Assembly: GCA_039028615.1 (NCBI GenBank)
Contig: JBCCHT010000031.1
Span: 89,425-153,424, forward strand
Reading direction: 5' to 3'
From: Myxococcota bacterium
GTDB taxonomy: Bacteria > Myxococcota_A > Polyangia > Nannocystales > Nannocystaceae
DNA: 64,000 bases
Numbering within the stretch: position 1 is the first letter of the stretch; every line of letters begins with the position of its first letter. Shown piece by piece: positions 46,617-59,157 of this stretch. Position numbers and translations under genes: made by a program. Below the pieces are notes generated by a model that searched no databases, was not told the DNA's origin, and saw only the letters and a program-made list of their open reading frames with translations.

Positions 46617-47681
46617 TTGTCGCTCGTTCAACTTCGCGTCGCACCTGCGGACCTCGGGGTTCGTGGAGGACCGCTGGTCGACCGTCAAGAACGGACGGTC
46701 CGCTATCTGCGCGTCTCCCTGACGGACCGCTGCAACTATCGGTGCACCTACTGCATGCCGGAGCAGGGGCTCGAGTACGGACCGCGTCACGACGTGTTGT
46801 CCCTCGAAGAAGTGACTCGGTTGTGCGCTGCGTTTGCGCGGTGGGGCGTCGAGCGAGTGCGCCTGACCGGTGGCGAGCCGACGCTGCGGCGTGGCTTGGT
46901 CGAGCTCGTGAAACAGCTGTCAGCCATCCCTACGGCGCGGGGGCGGCTCGAGGTGGTGATGACCACCAACGGCGAGCGGCTCGAAGCGATGGCCGAGCCT
47001 CTGGCCGCAGCGGGGCTGTCCGGCATCACGGTGAGCCTCGACAGCCTGAGGCCCGAGCGTTTCACCCGAATTACGCGCCGTGGCGATCTGTCGCGTGTGC
47101 TCGCGGGATTGCAGGCGGCACAGCGCGCGGGTCTCGGACCCGTCAAGCTCAATACGGTGGCGATGGCCGGATTCAACGACGACGAGCTGGCCTCGATCGT
47201 GCGTTGGGCGTGGGAGCGCGACGTCGTGCCCCGTTTCATCGAGCTCATGCCGATGGGGTCGGGCGAGCTGTTCACCCCCGGCACGCTGATGTCCGCCGAA
47301 CAGATCCGGGCCACCGTGGCCGAGGGCCTGGGCATCGAGCTTCGCTCCGACGACGGCGAGGGGGTGCGAGGTGCGGGTCCTGCCACTTATTGGCGCGCGG
47401 TGGGAGGCCCCTTCGACGGGCGTCGCCTCGGCACCATCGCCGCCATGACCGAGAATTTCTGCCAAAGCTGTAACCGGCTTCGCGTATCTGCCACGGGCCA
47501 GCTGCACGCGTGCTTGGCCCGCGACGATACCGGCAATCTTCGCGCAGCGCTGAGGTCGACCGACCCCGACCGGCTCGAGGCCGTCGTTCGATCTTCGCTT
47601 GGAACCAAGCGGGACGCGCATGGGTTTAATATCGATGGGAGCGGCGGACCGATGAAGGCCATGGTCAGCATCGGCGGCTAG
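46617..47681 (+). CDS. moaA: GTP 3',8-cyclase MoaA
   Basis: YLRVSLTDRCNYRCTYCMP radical-SAM motif, RLTGGEP, FCQSCNRLR..C and terminal IGG. Start set at TTG 46617. Confidence 0.95.
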   Translation: MSLVQLRVAPADLGVRGGPLVDRQERTVRYLRVSLTDRCNYRCTYCMPEQGLEYGPRHDVLSLEEVTRLCAAFARWGVERVRLTGGEPTLRRGLVELVKQLSAIPTARGRLEVVMTTNGERLEAMAEPLAAAGLSGITVSLDSLRPERFTRITRRGDLSRVLAGLQAAQRAGLGPVKLNTVAMAGFNDDELASIVRWAWERDVVPRFIELMPMGSGELFTPGTLMSAEQIRATVAEGLGIELRSDDGEGVRGAGPATYWRAVGGPFDGRRLGTIAAMTENFCQSCNRLRVSATGQLHACLARDDTGNLRAALRSTDPDRLEAVVRSSLGTKRDAHGFNIDGSGGPMKAMVSIGG

Positions 47682-47715
47682 CTTTCGAGCAACGGGACAT
47701 CAGGGGAGCGAAACG

Positions 47716-48153
47716 ATGGCATTGTCGACGACAACGAAGATCGGTTTAGGGGTGGTAGTCGCGGGAGCGATTGGCCTGTTGGTCGCGCTCGACCCCGGCG
47801 AAGGCCTGCTCGAGTACGCCCACGTCGACGAGGTCATGCAGGACGTCGACCACTACGAGGGCCGCACGTTCAAGATCTACGGCAAGGTGGTGCCCGGCTC
47901 CATCAAGGCGAAGAAGGGCGCGACCGGCGACTACCACTTCGTCATCGAGAACAAGGGCGAGCGCCTGGCGGTGCACTTCACCAACATCCCGCCCGACACC
48001 TTCCAGGACGAGGCCGAGGTCATCATGACCGGCAAGCTCAACGCGGCCGGCGATACCTTCGAGTCCGAAGAGATGTCCGCCAAGTGCCCCTCGAAGTACG
48101 AGGAGCAGGGCGAGATCAAGGGCGCCGCCGACAAGCCCGTCTCCAAGACCTGA
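47716..48153 (+). CDS. ccmE: Heme chaperone CcmE, cysteine (CxxxY) variant
   Basis: N-terminal TM; G.VVPGS; PDTF; AKCPSKY in place of AKHDE.Y. Confidence 0.93.
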   Translation: MALSTTTKIGLGVVVAGAIGLLVALDPGEGLLEYAHVDEVMQDVDHYEGRTFKIYGKVVPGSIKAKKGATGDYHFVIENKGERLAVHFTNIPPDTFQDEAEVIMTGKLNAAGDTFESEEMSAKCPSKYEEQGEIKGAADKPVSKT

Positions 48154-48172
48154 GCCCGGGGATTCACGACCC

Positions 48173-50270
<2,098 letters not shown>

Positions 50271-50281
<11 letters not shown>

Positions 50282-51086
50282 GCAAGCCGAGGCGGCCTCG
50301 CCTCGTCGCGAGATGATGGCCTGGCTCGTCGGAGCCGCCATCGCCGTGGCGGCGCTGCTGGCCGCGGTGGTGGCCATGGGCGGCCGCATCGAGTCGGCCA
50401 CCTGGGGCCTGGTGGTCGCGGCCGGAGCCATGGTCTTCGCCCTGCGCTCGCTGTACGCGATGACGGTGGCGCTGTCGCGGCCCGCCGTCGAAGCCGTGCT
50501 CGATCGGGAAGGGGTGGCGGCCAACGTGGGGCAGCGGGAGCTTCGAGAGGAGCGTCGCCGGGTCCTGCGGGCCATCAACGAGCTCCAGTTCGACTACGAG
50601 ATGGGCAAGCTCTCCGACGACGACTATCAGGAGGTCCGGGCCGGCTACGAGATGCGCGCGGTCGAGGTGATGCGGGAGCTCGACAAGGAGTCGACCCTGC
50701 ACCCGCAGCTGCTCGAAGAGCTCGGCCGCCGCGGGTTGCTCGAAGAGGGCGACGCGAAGGCGGAGTCCGAGGACCGAGCCGAGACCGAGGCCGAGGCCGA
50801 AGCGTCGAGGTCGGTGTCCGAGGACGAGGCGGAGGCCGAAGAGTCGAAGTCGGCACCCGAGGACGAGACCGAGGCCGAAGAGGCCGACGGCGAAGCGTCC
50901 GACGCCGAGACCCGCTCGGACGACGAGGACTCCGCCGACGGCGATGCCGCGGACGACGAGTCGAGCGAGGCCGAAGCCACGACGGCGGCGGCGACCTGTG
51001 CCACGTGCGGCGGCGAGAACGATGCCGACGCGAAGTTCTGCAAGCACTGCGGCGCCAAGCTGGGCGCCGAGGAGGCCAGCGCATGA
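50271..51086 (+). CDS. ccm-associated membrane protein with acidic linker and C-terminal zinc ribbon (CcmI-N-like)
   Basis: Two TMs; LRAINELQFDYEMGKLSDDDY; E/A/D-rich linker; CATCG..FCKHCG. Confidence 0.75.
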
Positions 51087-53044
51087 GTCGCTCGATTCCT
51101 CTGTTGCGTGGCCTTCGGGCGCTGCTCATGGGGCTGTTGCTGGGTGGCTTCGGCTTGGCGTCGAGCCCGGCGTGGGCCGGCCCCGGTCGTCCCGATCCCC
51201 GGCAGATGTCCGGCATCCCTCGCCCCGATCCGCAGATCCCCGCGGGTGAGGTCACCGTTCGCGTGCTGCGAGGGAGCTTCGACCAGCCCGCCCTGGATGC
51301 GGTGGTCGAGCTCGAGCTGCGCTCCCCCGACGGCCGGCTCGCCGCGCTGCGGTCCTCCGAGGCCGGCAACCAGGGGCGCGTGCACTTCCGCGACCTCGGC
51401 GACTTCACGGGCGGCCAGGCGGTGGCTCGGGTCGTGCTCGACGGCGAGACCATTCGCTCGCAGCAGATCGACATCCTGCCCGAGACGGGCACCGCGGTGA
51501 TGCTGGTCAAGGGGGCGCCCAAGCGCGCGCCGACCCAGGAAATCTCGCTGCCGGGCATCGTCTTCGACTTCCCCAAGACCCCGCCCGGCACGCTCATGGT
51601 CGGTGTCTTCGACCTGGGCAAGCGCCAGGGGCTGACCGACGTCGAAGTCCAGCTGGTGGTGACCACGGCCGACGGCCAACAGAGCACCAACGCGCTCGAG
51701 ACCGGTCCCATGGGGCAGGCGACCTTCGAGGGCATCGCCGACATCCCGGCCGACGCCACGCTCCAGGTCCAGACCGTGCTCGACGATGGGCCCGAGCCCT
51801 ATCGCTCCATGGTGTTCTCGCCCCAGCCCGCCAAGGGGCAGGCCATCGTGCTCGCGCGCGGTCGCATGTCGCGGGCCGGCGGGAGCCCCCACGAAGGCGG
51901 CGCGGCGGCGTCCGGGGCCGGCGGCGACAACCCGCATGCCCCCGCGGCGCGGCGCAAGCTGCCGCCCCCGCAGATCTCGACCAAGCTCGCGCCGGGCACG
52001 GTGTCGGCACTGGTCCTGGACAGCAAGGACCAGCCGCTGGCCAACCAGGCGATCACCATCGTCAAGAAGGACTTCTCGGGCACCGAGACGCGCTTCGAGG
52101 CCAAGACCGGTCCCGATGGCATCGCGACCCATGCCGACCTCCCGGTCGTCAACGACGCGCTCTACTACATCGCCGTCAGCTACGACGCGGCGCCCTACAC
52201 CAGCTCGTTCTTCGGGCTCGACAAGCGCGGCGGCGTCACGGTGGCCATGCGCGTCTGGCCGGTCACCAGCGATCCCGCCGTCGCCCGCTCGGCGATCCAG
52301 TTCGAGATCATCGAGGCCGAGAACGACTCCGCGCAGGTCATCCAGATCTACGAAGTGCTCGTGACCGGCGAGGAGGCGTACTGGCCCGGCAAGGAGCCGC
52401 TGGTGATCGAGGGCATCGAAGGGGCCAAGGGCCTCGTGGTGCTGCGTGGCGCCGACGACTGGCTCGACCACGAAGACAAGGCGCCCTTCGCCACGCTCTC
52501 GCATCCCATCCCGCCGGGCGAGGTCGCGGCGCTGTCCATCGGCTACCTCATCGATGGCCACGACGGCACGATCGAGCTCGACTGGGCGCCGCCCTTCCAG
52601 ATCATCGAGTCGGCGGTGGTGGTTTCCGATCAGCTCACCCTCGACGCGCCCGGGGCCAAGCGCTCCGAGCGGGAGATTCCCGATCAGCCCGGTCTCGACT
52701 ACACCCGCGTCGCATACGAGCTCGGCCAGCAGGGCACGGGCCCGGTCCGCGCCACCGTCTCCGGCTTACGAGGCACCGAGCGCATCTACGCCAAGATCGG
52801 CATCGTGGTCGGCCTGGCGCTCGCTCTGGTCGCGTTGATCGGCGTCGTCACGGCGCCTCGCGGCACGGCGCAGGCTCGGCTCGAGCGTCGGCGCGACGCG
52901 CTGCTGGCCGCCCTCGAGACCAGCCGTGACGAGCGCAAGCGACGGCGAATGGTCGCGGCCCTCGATCGGGTCTATCGCCAGCTCGGTGCGCTCGAGGCCT
53001 TGGCCGACAAGCAACCGCAGCGGAGCAAGGGCGCCTCGGCGTAA
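51083..53044 (+). CDS. ccm-associated exported protein with repeated carboxypeptidase-regulatory-like domains and C-terminal TM
   Basis: Signal peptide; repeats such as GEVTVRV..P, GTLMVGV..TGPMGQATF and GTVSALV..TGPDGIATH; TM followed by a basic coiled coil. Confidence 0.7.
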   Translation: MSRSIPLLRGLRALLMGLLLGGFGLASSPAWAGPGRPDPRQMSGIPRPDPQIPAGEVTVRVLRGSFDQPALDAVVELELRSPDGRLAALRSSEAGNQGRVHFRDLGDFTGGQAVARVVLDGETIRSQQIDILPETGTAVMLVKGAPKRAPTQEISLPGIVFDFPKTPPGTLMVGVFDLGKRQGLTDVEVQLVVTTADGQQSTNALETGPMGQATFEGIADIPADATLQVQTVLDDGPEPYRSMVFSPQPAKGQAIVLARGRMSRAGGSPHEGGAAASGAGGDNPHAPAARRKLPPPQISTKLAPGTVSALVLDSKDQPLANQAITIVKKDFSGTETRFEAKTGPDGIATHADLPVVNDALYYIAVSYDAAPYTSSFFGLDKRGGVTVAMRVWPVTSDPAVARSAIQFEIIEAENDSAQVIQIYEVLVTGEEAYWPGKEPLVIEGIEGAKGLVVLRGADDWLDHEDKAPFATLSHPIPPGEVAALSIGYLIDGHDGTIELDWAPPFQIIESAVVVSDQLTLDAPGAKRSEREIPDQPGLDYTRVAYELGQQGTGPVRATVSGLRGTERIYAKIGIVVGLALALVALIGVVTAPRGTAQARLERRRDALLAALETSRDERKRRRMVAALDRVYRQLGALEALADKQPQRSKGASA

Positions 53045-53050
53045 GCAGCG

Positions 53051-53809
53051 ATGACCGAAGTGGTCACCCCCCTCGAGCTCCGCGGGATCGGCAAGCGATT
53101 CGGGCGGCTATCGGTCCTGCGCGGCGTCGACCTGCGCGTGGATGCGGGGGAGATCGTGGGACTCATCGGGGCCAATGGCTCGGGCAAGACGACCCTGCTG
53201 TCGATCACCATGGGGCTGCTGTCGCCCACCGAGGGCGAGCGCTGCTTCGGGGGCGCGGCGGTCAGCGACGTCGAGGTGGAGCAACGGGCTCGCATCGCGT
53301 TCGTGGCTCACACGACCCAGCTGTACCCCCGGCTCACCGCGACGGAGAACATGGCGTTGTTCGCCGACCTGCGTCGCGCCGCGGGGGCCGAGGTCGCGCC
53401 GAGCGGCCCGTTGCTCGAGCGGCTGGGCCTTTCGCATGCCGCCGATCGTCTGGTGGGCACCTTCTCGCGCGGGATGATGCAGCGGCTGGCGCTGGCGCGC
53501 GCGCTCGCGGGGCGGCCCGGATTGCTGCTGCTCGACGAGCCCTTCACCTCGCTCGATCGCCCCGGCCGCGACCGCCTCACCGAGGTGCTCACCGCCGAGC
53601 GCGACGCCGGGCTCGCCGTGCTGCTGTCGTCGCACGATCACGACGCGGTGGTCGCCTCCACCGACCGGGTCGTGCTGCTCGAAGCGGGTCGTTTGTGCGG
53701 CGAGGCGCGGCGCGACGATGGCGACCGCAGCTTGCGGGCCTATCGAGATCGAGTGGCCGCGCTGGGGATGCTCGGTTCCGCGGTCGACCGGGAGGCGGCG
53801 AATGCCTAG
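53051..53809 (+). CDS. ccmA: Heme exporter ATP-binding protein CcmA
   Basis: GANGSGKTT, FSRGMMQR, LLLDEPF; operon context. Confidence 0.9.
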   Translation: MTEVVTPLELRGIGKRFGRLSVLRGVDLRVDAGEIVGLIGANGSGKTTLLSITMGLLSPTEGERCFGGAAVSDVEVEQRARIAFVAHTTQLYPRLTATENMALFADLRRAAGAEVAPSGPLLERLGLSHAADRLVGTFSRGMMQRLALARALAGRPGLLLLDEPFTSLDRPGRDRLTEVLTAERDAGLAVLLSSHDHDAVVASTDRVVLLEAGRLCGEARRDDGDRSLRAYRDRVAALGMLGSAVDREAANA

Positions 53810-54605
53810 CGCCTCCGACTCGACGGTGGCGCTGCCGCAGCCCGGTGCGCGTGCCTTCCGTGCTACAACCCCATGGATGCGCTTGCCCCGCCAGGCGTGG
53901 GTCATGGCCACGAACGACCTGCGGCAGGAGTTCCGTGACTTCGAGCTGCTGGCCACGGCGGGCTTTTTCACCCTGGTGGTGCTGGTGATGTTCGGCCTGT
54001 CCTTTGCAGCCCTGGGTCGACAGGCGCAGCCGCTGGCCGTGCCCGGGATGCTGTGGCTGGGCGTGGCCTTCGTGGGCGCGCTGACGCTCACCCGCATCTT
54101 CGATCGCGAGCGAGAGTCGGACACGCTGCGGGCTCTGCTGACCGCGCCCGTCGATCGCCTCGCGATCTACCTGGCCAAGGCCTCGGTCACCTTGATGGTG
54201 CTGCTCGGCTGCTGCCTCGTGCTGGTGCCCGGGCTCGCCGTGCTCTTTCCCGTGGCCGCGGTGTTCGCCGAGCGACCGCTCGAGACGGCGGTGCTGGTCG
54301 TGCTGGGCTGCCTGTCCTACGTCTCGGTGGGCACCTTGTTCGCGGCCGGCCTGGCCACGAGCAGCGGCAAGAACGTGCTGCTGTCGGTCATTCTCTATCC
54401 GCTGACCTGCCCCGCGCTCATGTGGAGCTTGGTCGCGACCCGTGCCCTGCTCGAGGGGCACCCGGACTTTTCGATCTATCTCACCCAACTGGCGGCGCTG
54501 GACGTCGTGCTGGTGGTCTTGTCGGGCACGCTCTTCGAGTCGGTCCTGGTGGGCGGCAGCGCGCGGAACAAGGGCCGAACCACGCGAGGACGGAGGCGTC
54601 GATGA
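53802..54605 (+). CDS. ccmB: Heme exporter membrane protein CcmB
   Basis: DLRQEFR, PGMLW, FDRERESDTL..LL, LLSVILYPL; six TMs. Confidence 0.9.
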   Translation: MPSASDSTVALPQPGARAFRATTPWMRLPRQAWVMATNDLRQEFRDFELLATAGFFTLVVLVMFGLSFAALGRQAQPLAVPGMLWLGVAFVGALTLTRIFDRERESDTLRALLTAPVDRLAIYLAKASVTLMVLLGCCLVLVPGLAVLFPVAAVFAERPLETAVLVVLGCLSYVSVGTLFAAGLATSSGKNVLLSVILYPLTCPALMWSLVATRALLEGHPDFSIYLTQLAALDVVLVVLSGTLFESVLVGGSARNKGRTTRGRRRR

Positions 54606-55303
54606 CTCGATTGATCCCGGTCGCGCTACTGGCGATCGCAGCGGTAATTTTCCCGCTGAGCGTGCACCAGATCTTCATCGAGACCGGCATCGAGCGCGAG
54701 CTCGGCACGGTCCAGAAGATCTTCTACTTCCACGTGCCCCTGGCCTGGATCATGATGCTCTTCGGAGTCATCTGCGGGATCGCAGCGGGCATCCAGCTGC
54801 GTCGCGAGTCACGGACGGCCGAGGCCTTCGCCGTCGCGGCGGGCGAGCTGGTGATCGTGGCTGGCCTGGGCGTGCTCATCACCGGGCCGATTTGGGGGCA
54901 CGCTTCGTGGGGCAAGCCCTGGACCTGGGACGCACGGCAGATCACCACTGGCCTGCTGTGGCTGGTGTTCGTGGCCTACGTGTTGGTGCGGCGCTACGGC
55001 GCGGCGGGGTCGGAGCGCTTGGCCGCGGCGCTGGCCATCTTCGGTGCCGTCGACGTGCCGATCATTTACTACGCGGTGAAGATCTGGAAGACGACGCATC
55101 CCAGCAACAACGTCGTCGGCACCTTGCCCCCCGAGATGTGGGCTGCGCTGTGGCCCGCGCTCGGGGCACTGCTGGCCACCAGCATCGCGCTGGTGTTCAT
55201 TCGAGCGCGGCAAGAGCTGGTCGAGATGGAGCTGGATGATGCGTGGGTGCAGGCCGAGAGCCTGACCGAGCAGCGAGACACGGCGAAGGGAGAGGCGACA
55301 TGA
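54602..55303 (+). CDS. ccmC: Heme exporter CcmC
   Basis: IFYFHVP, TGPIWG..WGKPWTWDAR (WWD domain), THP. Confidence 0.93.
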   Translation: MTRLIPVALLAIAAVIFPLSVHQIFIETGIERELGTVQKIFYFHVPLAWIMMLFGVICGIAAGIQLRRESRTAEAFAVAAGELVIVAGLGVLITGPIWGHASWGKPWTWDARQITTGLLWLVFVAYVLVRRYGAAGSERLAAALAIFGAVDVPIIYYAVKIWKTTHPSNNVVGTLPPEMWAALWPALGALLATSIALVFIRARQELVEMELDDAWVQAESLTEQRDTAKGEAT

Positions 55304-55608
55304 ACAGGTTGAACTTGTCCGAGGGGCAAAAGTCCGAGACCGCGCAGGAGCCCGCCGAGGCCAAGAAGGTCGCCGAGGCTGGTGACGAGTACGAGGCGGT
55401 GCAGGGACTCGACCGCGCCGCGATCGAGTGCCAGCGCCAGTACGAGGCGGTCGCCGCCCGCAAGACCGCGTCCGACTACGAGCACATCGTGTGGGCGTAC
55501 GGCGTCCTGTGGACGATCTTCGTGCTCTACGGCGTGTTCTTGTGGCGTCGGGGGCAGCGACTTCGCGCCGACGTCGAGACCCTCCGCACTCGCCTCGAGC
55601 GGGCATGA
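55300..55608 (+). CDS. Probable CcmD
   Basis: Follows ccmC with ATGA overlap; AYGVLW single TM followed by a basic coiled coil. Confidence 0.65.
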   Translation: MNRLNLSEGQKSETAQEPAEAKKVAEAGDEYEAVQGLDRAAIECQRQYEAVAARKTASDYEHIVWAYGVLWTIFVLYGVFLWRRGQRLRADVETLRTRLERA

Positions 55609-55787
55609 CCCTCGCGCACTTCATCTACATCCCCGGCATCGTGCTGCTGGGGGTGGCCATCGGCTACGTCCTGGGGGGACGTGCGGCCGAGATGGCGCGT
55701 GCAGAAAAAGCCGACAAAGACAAGCGTCGGGCGGCTCGCGAGGAAGCGCGTCGTGCCCGCGCACGTGCGCGTGAGCAACGAGAATAA
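55605..55787 (+). CDS. Small single-TM protein ending the ccm operon
   Basis: MTLAHFIYIPGIVLLGVAIGYVLG plus Arg-rich tail; ATGA-coupled. Confidence 0.65.
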   Translation: MTLAHFIYIPGIVLLGVAIGYVLGGRAAEMARAEKADKDKRRAAREEARRARARAREQRE

Positions 55788-55842
55788 GTCGCGAAGCGCG
55801 GACATGGACCGACGTCGAGATCCGGGCTAGAACGCGCCGGCG

Positions 55843-56984
<1,142 letters not shown>

Positions 56985-56988
<4 letters not shown>

Positions 56989-57815
56989 GCGAGACGCCCG
57001 GCCGCGACGCTCCCATCGGGATCTTCGACTCGGGGGTCGGAGGGCTGACGGTGCTCGCCGCACTGCGGGCCCGCCTGCCCCACGAGTCGTTCATCTACTT
57101 GGGCGACACGGCGCGGCTGCCCTACGGCACCAAGAGTCGAACCACCGTCTCCCGCTACGCTCGCCAGGCTTCGCAGGTCCTGGTGAAGCGGGGGGTGAAG
57201 ATGCTCGTCATCGCGTGCAACACCGCCTCCGCGGTCGCGCGAGACGAGCTCGCCGAGCATTTTTCGCCCTTGCCCCTTTTGGGGGTCGTCGAGGCGGGCG
57301 CGGCCGCGGCCTGCAAGGCCAGCCGCAACGGCCAGATCGCCGTCATCGGTACCGAGAGCACGATCCGCGGGGGTGCCTACGAGCGGGCCATCGCCCGACG
57401 CCGTCCCGAAGCCACGGTGGTGGGTCGCGCGTGCCCACTGTTCGTGGCGTTGGCCGAAGAAGGTTGGTGCGAAGGGGTGATTCCCATGGCGGTCGCCCAG
57501 CGCTATCTCCAAGACCTTCGTCCTTCGTCCCGCGATGGACTCGACTGCCTCGTGCTGGGATGCACTCACTTCCCCGTGCTGCGCGAGGCCCTGGCCAACG
57601 TCATGGGCCCCGACGTGGCCCTGGTGGATTCGGCCGAGACCACCGCGGCGGCCGTGGCCGAGCGCCTCGCGGACGAAGACCTCCTGGCGCCAATCGATGC
57701 GAAGCCCGAGGTCACGCTGTTGGCCACCGATGGACCCGAGCGTTTCGCCCGGGTGGGTGCCCGCTTCTTGGGCATGGATCTGCGTTCCGACGCAGTGTCG
57801 CTGGTCGATCTCTGA
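56985..57815 (+). CDS. murI: Glutamate racemase
   Basis: IGIFDSGVGGLTV, PYGTK, IACNTAS, LGCTHFP. Confidence 0.96.
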
Positions 57816-57907
57816 AGAGGGTAGGGGGTCCCCATCGGGACGGCCCTGGGGCCTCGTTCGCGTTGCTCTGGTGCCCCGGCGTCGACGTTGTTAGCCTTCG
57901 GCGTTCG

Positions 57908-58825
57908 ATGAGGGCCTGCTTTTTCACCCTGCTCGGTCTGTCGATGGCGTTGCCCCCCACGAGTGTGGCCATGGCAGCGCCCAGCGCCCCGTCGATGCTG
58001 TCCATGCGGACCGAGCCGGCGGGCAAGCCCCCCGAGGTGCTCTACGACGAAGGTAAGAAGGCCTATCGTCTGGGTCGCTTCGGCGAGGCGGTCGAAAAGT
58101 GGGAAGAGGCCTACGCCGCCTCCGAGCGATCGCTGCTGCTGTACAACATCGCGCTCGCGTACCGAGGTCGCTACGGCATCACGGGCGACATCGAGGACCT
58201 CCGCAAGGCTCGAGCGGTGATGAAGAACTTCTTCATCATCGCGAAGGCCGATCCCGAGATCGACCCCGATGATGCCGAGACCCGCATCGCCGAGATCGAG
58301 GAGTTGCTCGCCGAGGCCGAGGCGGCTGCGGCGGCCAACAAGGAAGTCGAGCCCACCGACGACCCGCCCCCGCCTCCTCACGATCCGCCGCCAGCGACGC
58401 CCACGGGGCCCGATCCCGGGCGAAATCTCCGAATCGCGGGCGCGGCAACCTTGGGCACGGGCGGCCTGATGGTCGTCACCGGTACCGTGCTCGGGATCTA
58501 CTTCGGCGTGCGTGGTCAGGAGTTCAGTGACGAGCTGCGTCAGCTCCAGGCCGAGCGACCCGACGCGTGCATGGACCCCGACAGCATCGAGTGCACCGAG
58601 CAAGATCTGGCGATCGACAACGCACGGAACAACGGCCGCTCCGCCAACTTGGGCGTGGGCCTGAGCTTCGGCATCGGCGGCGGGCTCGGAGCCGTCGCGC
58701 TGGGCGCCGGCGTCATCCTTTTCTTGCGTGGCAACCGGCAGACGGCCGAGTGGAAAAATAGCGTCGCCGGGAGCCTGCGGCTGGTACCGAACGGCCGAGG
58801 CCTGGCGCTGCGCGGCCGTTTTTAG
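57908..58825 (+). CDS. Myxobacterial TPR protein with signal peptide, Pro-rich linker and C-terminal Gly-rich hydrophobic segments
   Basis: YDEGKKAYRLGRFGEAVEKWEEAY..LLYNIALAY TPR; ends GLALRGRF. Confidence 0.75.
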   Translation: MRACFFTLLGLSMALPPTSVAMAAPSAPSMLSMRTEPAGKPPEVLYDEGKKAYRLGRFGEAVEKWEEAYAASERSLLLYNIALAYRGRYGITGDIEDLRKARAVMKNFFIIAKADPEIDPDDAETRIAEIEELLAEAEAAAAANKEVEPTDDPPPPPHDPPPATPTGPDPGRNLRIAGAATLGTGGLMVVTGTVLGIYFGVRGQEFSDELRQLQAERPDACMDPDSIECTEQDLAIDNARNNGRSANLGVGLSFGIGGGLGAVALGAGVILFLRGNRQTAEWKNSVAGSLRLVPNGRGLALRGRF

Positions 58826-59157
58826 CGAGGTGTGAGTCCGGCTTCACGGCGACGTGTGGAGTTTTTCCACACCCGTGTGGTCACTCATGCGCATCCGTTG
58901 GGATGCTTTGCCGTAAGTGCTTCGGGTTCGGCTCGTTGGTCGCGATGGCCCCGGGTGTGGTTGCGTCGATCGAAGGTCGGCGCGAAGCTCCAGGACTCGT
59001 CGCGCGGGGCGAGACGGGCCGATGGGATGGATCGTCGAGCCATCCCAAGAAGGCCTGGGGGCTGTCCTCAGGGGCTAGCAATCATGTTATACCCGCGCAC
59101 GCAGATCGCTCATCTAGCGGTCTAGAACACGGCTCTTGCCACAAGGAGCTCTACCCT

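Noticed and set aside
59125..59139. Sigma54 promoter (GAACACGGCTCTTGC) before receptor paralog 2
   Set aside because: It lacks the invariant GG at -24.
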